A stretch of DNA of 38,738 nucleotides, taken from IMG/VR virus record IMGVR_UViG_3300042807_000094, one strand, 5' to 3'. Shown here one piece after another: positions 19,880-29,856 of the stretch. Under the pieces are notes generated by a model. The model was not told the DNA's origin, made no database searches, and was given only the letters and a program-made list of their open reading frames with translations. Source of the DNA: a virus. The translations under genes and the position numbers were made by a program. The first letter of the stretch is position 1. Each line of letters opens with the position of its first letter.

Positions 19880-22800
19880 TCAACAGATATCCTCATCATT
19901 AGCCGAACCACACGCATTTGTTGGATCTGGGATGATAGAGCGTTCGTACCCTGTGCCTATAATCGAGCGAAGATCACCCAACCCCTCTCTGAAAAGCGGA
20001 TCGACTTTATTGGCATGTAGGATATCGTTTTGGATTTCGGAAATCTTTACAATAGATTCTCCCCTATCTGCATCAAGTAGTGGTCTTGAGGTTCTAATGA
20101 GTTTTTCTTCTTCAGTTTGTTGACTAGTGTTGTCATCATTCTCGCCATTGTATGATGGATCAAATGAGTTGTAAGAATGATAGAATACCTTTCTTACTGA
20201 TTCATAGAACGGAGCTAAAACATTGGTTTCGTCTTTCTTGAAAACTTTATCGTCTACCCTCTTGATTCCTCCCCAATCTACGGCTGAGCCTATTGAGTTG
20301 GTAAAAGCTTTGGTCGTGTAGATAGCTGTTAGCGATGCCATGTATCGCAATGGTACACAGAAATCAAACATCTTCTTATATTCTTCGCTACAAGAGATAG
20401 CTCTAGACAATCTAATGTTCATCATTCTTGTCAAAGGACTATGATCAATCCATTTCGTTGGTGTAACATTAATATCGCCAAATCCATCTCCATTGTTTGA
20501 AGAGATATACGCATCGTAAATGGCTTTCAAGTCTCTGAGGGTCCATTCGACTGACTCTTCTGCTTTGAAGATAGGAATAGAATATCCTGTCTCTTTACTA
20601 AATGATTTAGTATTTTTGATTCTATCTCTTATATTGGTAATAGGATCTAGATCTCCTTCTTTGACGGGAATCAAATCATCTTCAAAATACGAATGCAATC
20701 CTTTATCGATGGTTAGATTAGAATCTGGTTGTAGCAACATTAATCTTAATCCAGCGTTAAATGTACCGGGTCTAAAGAAATCTTTCAGTTTAAAATCTAG
20801 GTAGTCAAAATAATCGCTCTGCTGCTGACCGGCGAAAGCTACGGATGCATTCAAGAATCCACTAGCTCCTAGCCAGTAAATCAAGTTAGTCAAACTTGAT
20901 GGACCCCTAAAAATACCTTCTGCTGTTGGGCTAAGTGAGTCTCCCAAGAATCCACCCGTGAATCTGCCAGAGGTGTTGTACAACGCACTTTCCAAAGCAG
21001 AATGCAAGTTTAGGAAAACATCTTGACCCGTATCTCTATCGATATAAGCTCCAGCCATAGGAGAAACAAGTATTTCATCTCTTGGCATAAAATCTAGATT
21101 TATATATTGTTCAACTACGATGGGAGCGCCAACTTGACTCAAAACTATTGGCATGTTTGAAGCCGACATACCACCTATTATGTAGGTATCGGTACCAAGC
21201 TTCTTAAGTGTTGTACCATCTGTTTTGAATACTTTGAATCGCTTAATCCTATGGTAAGGATTTTCAGTTGTTCTTAGAACACGATCAAAGTTAATATTTT
21301 GTTGATTGTACGGATCAATACTCTCAAGATAATCATTGATTCTCTGATTACCGATATTATTAGTGATATCATTGATTTCTTGCATTCTTGTTGCTTCATC
21401 TTGGAAAAGGAAGAAACTATTCCAATCTGAATCGTATCCTGCTTTTGAGTATTCATTTTTGAGTAAGAACTCATTAGTTACAATGTCTCGTTTATTCAAC
21501 TCAATGTAGTTCAAGACGCTTGGTGTCAAAAAGTCGGGACTGTATCTAAACATATCCATCGTTTGTGAACCACCGAATGGATTCGTACTTCTAAACTCCC
21601 TACCTATGTCATCAGCTAAATCAGCATCATAGTTAGCAGAGAAGCTATACACAGGCTCTTTTGGTTCACTCTTAAGCACGACAGATCCTGAAGGATGTGG
21701 CTGCATAGTGTAAAACTTATTGAACAAGAATCCATTAAAGTTACGGTCGTTATTATCTTCAAGAGTTCCATAGAACGCTCTATAGGCATAATCAGAAATC
21801 AACACGTTTCCAGCGGAGTATAGCATCGCTGGGTGATGACTGTAAATATTCCTCATATAAGCTGTACCGTCTGGATCTGGGATCTTCTCGCCATTCTGTA
21901 CAATAGGGCCGCCGTTTATGGGCATATTTAGAATGCTATTTTCTTTGATCAAATCTGGGTTTAGGATTGCTAGCTGATTCGAAATAGTATTTAGCTCAGA
22001 ACGTAATCTTATACTAAGAAGTTCTTCGAATAGTGGCTCGCAATCTTCCATTATCAGATTCCAATAGTTATTGCGAATCCTAATCTGTTCTTGTCTTTGC
22101 TTCTTGGCTTCAGCAAAGATCTTGTTCATTGGTCCTAGAGAGTTCTGGGAAGATGCCACAGCATTACTGATTGTTCCTAGCGGATAACTGGGTTGTTCGT
22201 ACTGTGAGATTATAGAGGAAGCCTCTAGATATTGACTTTCTTTATCTGTTAGACCGGTCTTTGGTATACCAAAACGCCAGATATTCGTCTTTCTACCGAT
22301 CAATCTCAAGAGTTCATCTTCTCTTGGGGTAACAGACAAAATCCTAGCTTCTCTCTTCTTGAACATCAAGGAAACATACATCTCCATAAGCATATGGTAG
22401 AACTTTGATGTTTTTCTTCTGTCTCTGCCAACTGTAGGACCAGCTTGAACGGCATAGTCCTTAAACCTATTCGCCAAGAAGGTAAAGAATACATTATCAA
22501 AAACGTTATCAGTTATTTCGACTGTGTTTAGGAAAGCAAAACCTTTATAATAATGCTCAAATGAAAACACTTTAATCATCATATCGACTAAACTGTCCAT
22601 CGTTACAAGGGAGGCTTTACTAACAATCAAGTCAAACGGAGCTTGATTGCTATAATCATTGGCTTCTCTAGTTTCTTCACTGAGCCTAAGATATAGATCT
22701 GCCGCTTGCTCTGAAAACCCAGCAAAATCTGGAATGGGAGTTCTAGCTGGTCTTGCTTCTTCGTTCCTATCACGGACATATAGATTATAAAGATTCTTCC

Positions 22801-25800
22801 AATCATCCGAAAGTTTGTTGTAGATATAATAAGCAGGATCGGTTTCAGTACCACCGAAATCTTCTGGATTTACCGGATCTGGATATCCAGTAATAGTATT
22901 CGTGTGGAAACTGTTTAGTGGATTAATCCTTTGATCCGTGACACCAAAGTTAAGGTTTTTTCCGTTCAAGGCTGGAATCTTGTTCATACCATCCATAAAG
23001 CTATTGTACACATAGTTGTAAAGTTCTTTTTGGATATATTCGGCGTACTTCTTACCGTCTGGCATTTCCTCGAAGTTAATACCAACGTTATCTTGTATAG
23101 CTTTCAAAACCAAATCAGCAAATACCAGTGATTGTTTGGAAGCACCTTCTAACTGATTCGGAGGAAGAATATCCATTATTGACGGATTAGCAATACTTGG
23201 ATCCTTCACATTGATAAAGTAATCACTTGATTTCTTAACGATATCTTTTAGCTCAATCCGTTTGTTTAACTGATCAAATACAAACTTATTGTTATTGATT
23301 ATCTGTAGGTTTTCTACTGTTTGGAAGGATCCGATGACAGGATTTTCATTAAAACTGTTCGGTCCTAGATTATCCAAGCCACGGATTGAAGAAGGATAAT
23401 AGTCAATAATCTTAGTCCTTATTAAACCGTCCTCTGCTCCTGCTGGTGTGAGTGGCATGATAAAGAAGTTGTAACTCTTGACTCTGTACAATGGCTGCTT
23501 TGAAGAGATCTTCTTGTTCACACCGGGAAGAGCAGGAGGATTTTTATTAGAAAGTTGCTCTTGAGTTGCAGGAATATACATTGTTCTTGGATTAAAAATA
23601 GCAGTAATAGCATTCTTTAGTCCATAAACAGGATGTACCATACTCAATAATATCGTGTTTATTAGATTCTTGTTTGGAACCAAAACTTCCACGAAAGCTC
23701 CAGCCTCAAGGTTGGCTTGTCTTATACCATCGACGCTTAGGTTTTCAATACTGCTCTGGCTTAGGTCATATATACCAGTAAAACTTAGACCTCTGACGGA
23801 AAAGAAAATGTTTCCAAGTCTCTTGAACAAGTCTTCATATGTTAGAAGTTGTTCAAAAGTCATCGATTGCATCTGTAGATCTTCGTTAGTTAGGGAGGCA
23901 AAGTATCTTAGTCTTTCCTTATCTTCATCAGTAAACCCGATACGAGCATTGAATGGATCGACTAGATTATCAAATAGCTGGGGGTTGGTTGTGAAGGGTG
24001 TGATAGCTAGTCGATTAGCCCTGTCAAGGCTACAGAACTCTTCTTGGTTAAGTCTCATCCAGCTAGCTACTAGAGAAGGCTCAAAAGTGTTTAAGGTAGG
24101 ACTTTGCACGATTGAGGTATCGCTAGTGGGATCAAATGTATTAGTGACTTTAGCAACGTATGATTCTGCTGTTAGAGCATTTGTTAAACCTTGCGCGATC
24201 TGCAAGAAAAGAGGATATGGTAGACCATTTTTGCCACTAAGTACTTTGGTTATGAATCCTCTGTCACCGACCATCGATAAATCAAGAGATTCCTTCAAAG
24301 GCTCAAAAATGTTTGTGTACGAACGTACCAACTCAGTTTTGACTAGTTCGTTAATAGGCTCAATCGAAGATTCAATACCGCAGTTCGGATTACCAGTTTG
24401 AATCAACGGAATCATGCTATCAAGTGGATCGTCGTTATTCAAAAGATCCAAAAACTGTTGTGCTTGTAAAGAGTTGAGATCACAAATCTTATTGATTTGT
24501 AACTCTACTTCCGAATCTGCAAGGCCCTTCTCTTTTAATAAAGCGATTCTCAAATCGTTATAGACCCTGTAGTATTCCGGTGTTGCACATAGTAGTGTAT
24601 TTACCGGCATATCTACAGTTCTACTTATTTGATCACACCCTGCGTTAGACAGACTTGATAATGACTTAAAAAATGCTGTTATATCTTGGGGATCTTTGCT
24701 GATACCTGCCTGTGGATATCTGAAATCGATTATGTTCTGGATTATTAGGATCGTATCTTGCGTTGGATTACCGCCGAGGAGTTCACAGTATTCCCTCTCT
24801 GTTAATACACTTGTAGCCAAAGACAAAAACTCGTTTAATGAGTTGATATCCATGCCGTTGAACATACCAATAGAAGAGGCTATCTCTGCTAACAACGCAG
24901 AGATATCGGCTATGTTTATGTTTGAAGTATTATTTGGATTATTAGCTTTTATACTAGCAGCTATCTTTCTGGCCATTGCATCGGAGCTTACTGCTCTATT
25001 CTGAGTTGCTGGGCCTAGTTCTTCTTCGGGGACAATCATAGCTGCGATTTCGGCACATGATAGATCCGGTACAAGTTTCTGGAGGTATGACAATACAAGC
25101 TTAAACAGAGTTGTAGTCGCAACGTAGAAACTGGAAATCAATACGCTAGCTAATGCCGATTCAATAAGTTCGTGCCTGTCAGCTATCTTGATCTTACCTA
25201 GCTTTGTCTTCTTAAGACGGATTGGCTTGAAACCTTGAAAGAACTGTTTTATTGCCAAACCTAGATTACGATATTTGTTAAACATATTCGCATCTGGCAG
25301 ATCGCATCTATTCTCAAGACCATCGAAGATTTTTTGTAGGTCGTCTTGTGCGCCAGTAATCAAACCGGTCATATCTTCCGAGAGATCGTTAAGTGATATC
25401 TCCCCCAATACTGACCCGTTCAGATCTCTAGATACAATCTTAAGATCAATACCGAGTTTTCCATTTTGCAAGAAATCGATAGAGGCAGTTGATACAGCCT
25501 TAAAAGCCTCTTCGTCAGATTGTTCATCGATATTGTCTGGATTTACGATTGCTATTATTTCATCAAACTTGGCGATGTTTTGCAAGGATGCAGGAACATC
25601 CTCTCTAGTCGAGAGATAATCCAGATAAGCTTGTTGTAGCTTTGGCTCAAACTGACTAGAAGTTAGAACACCATTAACGAATCTTCCGACTAACTTAAAA
25701 TCGTTTATAGCCTCAGAGATGCTTTTATCTTTTATGCCAGCAATAAGCTTATTTAACAAGAATACAGGATCTAAATACTTCAAATATTCTTGTACGTTAA

Positions 25801-26332
25801 ACTGTGTTATGGTTTCGATTGGTATAGATCTAGCTAACGAAGTGAGTGATATAAACCCTAATAACTTAAGGGAGTTCACGCCCATAGCATCTAAAAGTTG
25901 TTTTCTAGCTAGTGCGCCAGTATCGCCCTTGGCAAAAACTCCACTTGTATCGAATGTGACGTTATCTGTGAAACTATCGATTACATCATTTAGTACTAAT
26001 GCGTATGGATCACCAGCATGTAGTTGTTGCTGATCTACCAAAGCCGCTTTAGCAGCCTTATTAATGGGGTTTTTTAATAACTCGTCTTCTTTTACCTTTT
26101 GAGCATAGTTCTTAAATGGCTGTTCGTTGTATTGATTTGCATAATATTCAAGCCCGTCTTCCTTGATATCACGGAGTATATCATTCAGGACATTGGTTGC
26201 AAAATCTTTTAGAAACTGCGCTCTTGGAGTTTGTAGCGGATCTGTAGTGGTTCCGTCTTCAAACCTTAATGGGGGATAACGCAGAGTAGCTGCAAACTCT
26301 TTGAAGTTTGTACCTTTTCTAGAAGTAGCCAT
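19880..26332 (-). CDS. Giant hypothetical protein, probably virion/baseplate-associated (2150 aa)
   Basis: Long ORF between the spike and gp25 genes, with its own promoter motif and AAGGA SD. Looks largely helical; no family recognised. Confidence 0.55.
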   Translation of the reverse strand: MATSRKGTNFKEFAATLRYPPLRFEDGTTTDPLQTPRAQFLKDFATNVLNDILRDIKEDGLEYYANQYNEQPFKNYAQKVKEDELLKNPINKAAKAALVDQQQLHAGDPYALVLNDVIDSFTDNVTFDTSGVFAKGDTGALARKQLLDAMGVNSLKLLGFISLTSLARSIPIETITQFNVQEYLKYLDPVFLLNKLIAGIKDKSISEAINDFKLVGRFVNGVLTSSQFEPKLQQAYLDYLSTREDVPASLQNIAKFDEIIAIVNPDNIDEQSDEEAFKAVSTASIDFLQNGKLGIDLKIVSRDLNGSVLGEISLNDLSEDMTGLITGAQDDLQKIFDGLENRCDLPDANMFNKYRNLGLAIKQFFQGFKPIRLKKTKLGKIKIADRHELIESALASVLISSFYVATTTLFKLVLSYLQKLVPDLSCAEIAAMIVPEEELGPATQNRAVSSDAMARKIAASIKANNPNNTSNINIADISALLAEIASSIGMFNGMDINSLNEFLSLATSVLTEREYCELLGGNPTQDTILIIQNIIDFRYPQAGISKDPQDITAFFKSLSSLSNAGCDQISRTVDMPVNTLLCATPEYYRVYNDLRIALLKEKGLADSEVELQINKICDLNSLQAQQFLDLLNNDDPLDSMIPLIQTGNPNCGIESSIEPINELVKTELVRSYTNIFEPLKESLDLSMVGDRGFITKVLSGKNGLPYPLFLQIAQGLTNALTAESYVAKVTNTFDPTSDTSIVQSPTLNTFEPSLVASWMRLNQEEFCSLDRANRLAITPFTTNPQLFDNLVDPFNARIGFTDEDKERLRYFASLTNEDLQMQSMTFEQLLTYEDLFKRLGNIFFSVRGLSFTGIYDLSQSSIENLSVDGIRQANLEAGAFVEVLVPNKNLINTILLSMVHPVYGLKNAITAIFNPRTMYIPATQEQLSNKNPPALPGVNKKISSKQPLYRVKSYNFFIMPLTPAGAEDGLIRTKIIDYYPSSIRGLDNLGPNSFNENPVIGSFQTVENLQIINNNKFVFDQLNKRIELKDIVKKSSDYFINVKDPSIANPSIMDILPPNQLEGASKQSLVFADLVLKAIQDNVGINFEEMPDGKKYAEYIQKELYNYVYNSFMDGMNKIPALNGKNLNFGVTDQRINPLNSFHTNTITGYPDPVNPEDFGGTETDPAYYIYNKLSDDWKNLYNLYVRDRNEEARPARTPIPDFAGFSEQAADLYLRLSEETREANDYSNQAPFDLIVSKASLVTMDSLVDMMIKVFSFEHYYKGFAFLNTVEITDNVFDNVFFTFLANRFKDYAVQAGPTVGRDRRKTSKFYHMLMEMYVSLMFKKREARILSVTPREDELLRLIGRKTNIWRFGIPKTGLTDKESQYLEASSIISQYEQPSYPLGTISNAVASSQNSLGPMNKIFAEAKKQRQEQIRIRNNYWNLIMEDCEPLFEELLSIRLRSELNTISNQLAILNPDLIKENSILNMPINGGPIVQNGEKIPDPDGTAYMRNIYSHHPAMLYSAGNVLISDYAYRAFYGTLEDNNDRNFNGFLFNKFYTMQPHPSGSVVLKSEPKEPVYSFSANYDADLADDIGREFRSTNPFGGSQTMDMFRYSPDFLTPSVLNYIELNKRDIVTNEFLLKNEYSKAGYDSDWNSFFLFQDEATRMQEINDITNNIGNQRINDYLESIDPYNQQNINFDRVLRTTENPYHRIKRFKVFKTDGTTLKKLGTDTYIIGGMSASNMPIVLSQVGAPIVVEQYINLDFMPRDEILVSPMAGAYIDRDTGQDVFLNLHSALESALYNTSGRFTGGFLGDSLSPTAEGIFRGPSSLTNLIYWLGASGFLNASVAFAGQQQSDYFDYLDFKLKDFFRPGTFNAGLRLMLLQPDSNLTIDKGLHSYFEDDLIPVKEGDLDPITNIRDRIKNTKSFSKETGYSIPIFKAEESVEWTLRDLKAIYDAYISSNNGDGFGDINVTPTKWIDHSPLTRMMNIRLSRAISCSEEYKKMFDFCVPLRYMASLTAIYTTKAFTNSIGSAVDWGGIKRVDDKVFKKDETNVLAPFYESVRKVFYHSYNSFDPSYNGENDDNTSQQTEEEKLIRTSRPLLDADRGESIVKISEIQNDILHANKVDPLFREGLGDLRSIIGTGYERSIIPDPTNACGSANDEDIC

Positions 26333-26348
26333 TTTATTTCCTTATACT

Positions 26349-26356
26349 ATAGATAG
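26349..26356 (-). promoter_or_regulatory. Putative late promoter motif CTATCTAT
   Basis: Intergenic, 17 nt upstream of ATG 26332. Confidence 0.6.
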
Positions 26357-26359
26357 CTG

Positions 26360-28786
26360 TTACCTATCATTTTTGTTTGGTCTTAGAAGTGCTAGTAGAA
26401 CATCCAAGTTCATCAAGTAGTTCATGACCACTTCTTGCATAAATACATCTTGGGAGTTTAAACCTTCTAGATTTGAGCCAGAACCATCTAGATTTTTCCA
26501 GATTAAATCTAATGGAGGTCTAGAGCCGTTCATTACTTGGACTCTGTACATTTTAATCTTTGTACCGGCTGTCAACCCATCTGCCAAACCTGATCCAGAG
26601 TTATTTGTGGGCGGTTTGGTCTGTGTATTGATTTGTTTTGGATCGACTTGTTTGCTGCCTTGTGGTGCGACAACGGAAGTCCCCTCTACTGTCGTAGGAG
26701 CCTGAACATCTGATGGATTCTCAAATGCAAATACAAGCATTATCCTATCATCCAGCATATATTGTCCGCTTTTGCTAAGTCTAATATCATCTGCTAACGA
26801 GATTCCATTCTTGGAAAGTAGCTTTGTGAATATGGGCCTAAACTTCTGGAAGTTTCTAGAGTCTTGCTTCAGAATATCAAACTTGAGTTTATTGAAGATC
26901 TTACTTGATGATATTGCCAGATTTGTTACTGAAGGATTTTCATTGCCAAAAGTGACTTTCCAAAGTGCATGGTCAAACACATATTTCTTTAATATGTTTT
27001 CGAACGCTTCTAGAGAACTGAAAAAGTCTCTGATTGTCATGCTATAAGAGCGAATATACTCTGAACTTGGTGGTTGCTCAGTAAAACGTGGTATAACTTC
27101 AATGCTCTTAGGCTCTAAACTTAAATCATTTTCGCTGACGCTGAAAAGTATCTTCGAAGGTTTGAATGATCTTGGCTCAAAATAGAGTCCATTCTCCTCT
27201 AACCTTACGATTTGCATAGCTTTCTCTTCTTTTGCTTGTTGAGTAGTATTAGAGTTAAAAATATTGAACTTAAAAGTTGAATCCAGTATATTAAAAGCTT
27301 GTAACTTATAGGTATCTATCTTTTTTTGGAAATCAGTAAAGTTATTTGTTACCACATCATAAACAATAAAATATTTCTTTAGTTCAGGTGCATAGTAAGG
27401 ACTTGTTCTGTCTCTGACCGTCCAATCTTGTAAGAATGTTTTTGTTGGATTAGGTACATCACGGCACTTGTCTCCAACAGCAGCGTCTGCTTCTCTACAA
27501 ACAAGCAATCTTTCCGCCATAGCTTCGGCTTTTGCTAGCCTTTTAGCTTCTGCTTCAGCTAAGTTTCTTTCATACTCTTCTTGTAGATCTTGTTGTATCT
27601 GATTTACATAATCATTGTATTCTGCAACAGTTGTGGCTGTTGAAACACCAGTTATAGATTCAAGTAATACAACAATAATATTTCTTATTGCCGCTACGGA
27701 GATAGCAGTTCTATATAGCACTTCTTGATTTAACTTCCCGTTGTCTCCAACTACTGGCTGATTATAGTAGTTACGATCAGTCACATATGAATAACAAAGA
27801 TTTATTCTCTCTAGTGCTTGATTCAGAGTTGCTTTTGTAGTTACTGCATCGAACTCCTGAACTCCCTGCAAGCTAGCTAGTTGATCGTCTGTTAAAGCAG
27901 CCACATCGGCTTCGTAGGAATCTGGGTAGCTTTGACGATATTCTTTAATACACTCTTTTGCTTGTAAGCACATATTGTAAAAGGTAGCTTCTTCTATCAA
28001 GCTAGTTGGTACATCTTGCCCCTGATATCTGACGTAATCGCCACGATATTCGTTTCTTCGAATAGCATCTGGTCCGTATTCAGCAACAGCAAGTACCCAT
28101 CCAATACTAGAAGCGAATCCATTGCTTAGCTGTAGTGTAAAAGGAAGACCGTTGATTTCGCGACATCCACCTTCATATATCTGGCCTGTTATATCAAAGA
28201 TTCTATATGGATTTATCGCTTGTGCAATGATATCTAAAGTTTCTTTGTAAGTATTTTGAATCAAAGAATCAATAGAACTAGGAGCATCACCAGAATAAGT
28301 CCATCCGGTCCTATCGACTGATGGGTCAAAAAATGCATCTTCAGTCGGACCTATCGTGTTACCTTCTAAATCAATCCAATATGGATTAGGCGAAACATGC
28401 CCCATGATCGAGTCTATAAACTTATTTCCAACCGGTTTCAGACTAGCTGCTTCATTGAATATTGAGCGATTAACACCTTCTACAAACGGCAACGAAATGT
28501 TTTGACCAGTTAGATTTCCAACAATAAGATTATAGTAAGCAACGATTCTTTCATCCTTTTGGAGAATCGATAAAAAGTTTGCACATTCGTTAAATGGTTC
28601 GGCATAAAGTCCATAACAGTTACTATTTGGAGTACCAACGACTAGCTCAACGCCAAATGGGCTTTCGCCTTGCTGTGCCACTTTGGGATCGTAGTTGTCA
28701 TTGTAAGTTCCGTCATTAGGGACATAAGTAACAGATTCGGGAGTGTTACGTTGGATTAGCGAAATGTCTGGAGGTATGTATGCCAT
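26360..28786 (-). CDS. Hypothetical virion-associated protein (808 aa) with a central coiled coil
   Basis: TAATG-coupled to the spike gene. EYNDYVNQIQQDLQEEYERNLAEAEAKRLAKAEAMAERL looks like a coiled coil. Confidence 0.55.
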   Translation of the reverse strand: MAYIPPDISLIQRNTPESVTYVPNDGTYNDNYDPKVAQQGESPFGVELVVGTPNSNCYGLYAEPFNECANFLSILQKDERIVAYYNLIVGNLTGQNISLPFVEGVNRSIFNEAASLKPVGNKFIDSIMGHVSPNPYWIDLEGNTIGPTEDAFFDPSVDRTGWTYSGDAPSSIDSLIQNTYKETLDIIAQAINPYRIFDITGQIYEGGCREINGLPFTLQLSNGFASSIGWVLAVAEYGPDAIRRNEYRGDYVRYQGQDVPTSLIEEATFYNMCLQAKECIKEYRQSYPDSYEADVAALTDDQLASLQGVQEFDAVTTKATLNQALERINLCYSYVTDRNYYNQPVVGDNGKLNQEVLYRTAISVAAIRNIIVVLLESITGVSTATTVAEYNDYVNQIQQDLQEEYERNLAEAEAKRLAKAEAMAERLLVCREADAAVGDKCRDVPNPTKTFLQDWTVRDRTSPYYAPELKKYFIVYDVVTNNFTDFQKKIDTYKLQAFNILDSTFKFNIFNSNTTQQAKEEKAMQIVRLEENGLYFEPRSFKPSKILFSVSENDLSLEPKSIEVIPRFTEQPPSSEYIRSYSMTIRDFFSSLEAFENILKKYVFDHALWKVTFGNENPSVTNLAISSSKIFNKLKFDILKQDSRNFQKFRPIFTKLLSKNGISLADDIRLSKSGQYMLDDRIMLVFAFENPSDVQAPTTVEGTSVVAPQGSKQVDPKQINTQTKPPTNNSGSGLADGLTAGTKIKMYRVQVMNGSRPPLDLIWKNLDGSGSNLEGLNSQDVFMQEVVMNYLMNLDVLLALLRPNKNDR

Positions 28787-29811
28787 TAGTTTACCCTGTT
28801 GTGGCGACTTCTTATGGATTTTTCGCCCTTATCAAATAGATATCTACTTCTAAAATCAGCGATATCAGATCTCCATTCTAAGAGTTTCGTATTGACTTTT
28901 TCTGTCATTCTAGCAGCTTTTGTGGCTTTTGCTGTTTTTACGACTGGATCTTGTTGTATCTTTAATGGTACTCCATCGGCGGTGACTGATAGTGGATGTT
29001 CGTGACTAGATAGAGACTTTTCAAATGCATCTTGAGCGATTATCATCTGATCAATCATGGCAGATAGATTTGTTATAATCGTAACCAACTCTCCAATACA
29101 ATCTGCGACATTATCCCCCAATGCCATAGGTTGCAGTTCTGAATCATCATTACCCGCAATAATATCAATACCGTAATAAGAGATATTCTTACCTCCCAAA
29201 GTGTTTTGTTCTTTAACAAATGGGCCAGTTACAAGCTTTATGTTTTCACGACCAATGATTCTGATTCCGTCAGCTTTCAGACCAATACCAGATCTAGCAC
29301 GGAGACTCATTGAACCTCTGGCTAGTTCATAGTTATTATCGATATCTGTTAGTTGAGAGATATAGATACCTGCTGCATCTGTCTTAAGGTTGTTATCAGC
29401 ATATATCTGCTCTTTACCGCGACTCTTTGGAGGGAATGCCATACCGGCCTTGAGGTAAATCGAACCGGCTCCGGTTGCGCCAATATTACCATATCCGCTT
29501 GATTTGCTGCTAGGTCTATCACGACCAATAATGATAGCAGAGTTGTTCTTACTAGCTAATACTTTCTCGTAATCAGCAGCATTATGTTCTGGCACATTCT
29601 CTGGAAGTGAGTCACCATTAAGACCACCTTTAAATATTCTATCAGATTGCAACTGATTGCCAATGAACAACTGACTCTGTTCTGGTCTATAGTTGGGATC
29701 TGACAGTTTTCTGGATGCGTCGAGTAATCGAATACCGCCTTTAGATTTTGGTATGTAATCTAAAGGATTGTCGTCGGCGCGGGCAGACTTAAATGAATCA
29801 TTTTCGAACAT
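28786..29811 (-). CDS. Probable central spike protein, gp5/gpV C-terminal part (341 aa)
   Basis: Short Gly/Ile beta-strand runs (AIIIGRDR, SIYLKAG, GIYISQ, GIGLKADGIRIIGRENIKLVTG), then PMALGDNVADCIGELV and an HxH motif (SHEHP) typical of metal-binding spike tips. Upstream of gp25. Confidence 0.62.
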   Translation of the reverse strand: MFENDSFKSARADDNPLDYIPKSKGGIRLLDASRKLSDPNYRPEQSQLFIGNQLQSDRIFKGGLNGDSLPENVPEHNAADYEKVLASKNNSAIIIGRDRPSSKSSGYGNIGATGAGSIYLKAGMAFPPKSRGKEQIYADNNLKTDAAGIYISQLTDIDNNYELARGSMSLRARSGIGLKADGIRIIGRENIKLVTGPFVKEQNTLGGKNISYYGIDIIAGNDDSELQPMALGDNVADCIGELVTIITNLSAMIDQMIIAQDAFEKSLSSHEHPLSVTADGVPLKIQQDPVVKTAKATKAARMTEKVNTKLLEWRSDIADFRSRYLFDKGEKSIRSRHNRVN

Positions 29812-29828
29812 GTATGTTCCTTCTCATT

Positions 29829-29836
29829 ATAAATAG
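29829..29836 (-). promoter_or_regulatory. Putative late promoter motif CTATTTAT
   Basis: Intergenic, 18 nt upstream of ATG 29811. Confidence 0.65.
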
Positions 29837-29838
29837 AA

Positions 29839-29856
29839 ATAACAAAAGTTTGTTAT
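29839..29856. repeat. Inverted repeat ATAACAAA-AG-TTTGTTAT
   Basis: Perfect 8-bp arms with a 2-nt spacer, read directly from the sequence, next to the promoter motif. Confidence 0.7.

Noticed and set aside
2758-22854. Short minus-strand ORFs nested out of frame in large genes (e.g. 2758-3012, 14947-15234, 22627-22854)
   Set aside because: Fully inside well-supported genes, with no motif or expression signal noticed.
23655-24401. 248-aa plus-strand ORF and the other plus-strand ORFs in the track
   Set aside because: All are antisense shadows of long minus-strand genes, with no recognisable motifs or supporting context.
19880-26332. 2150-aa protein as tape measure protein
   Set aside because: No periodic Ala/Gly-rich repeats or adjacent tail chaperone genes; length alone is insufficient.
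29828-29835. Plus-strand TATAAATA as a T4-type late promoter for antisense RNA
   Set aside because: The other copies (ATAAGTAG, ATAGATAG) do not fit TATAAATA, and the spacing is consistent only relative to minus-strand starts.
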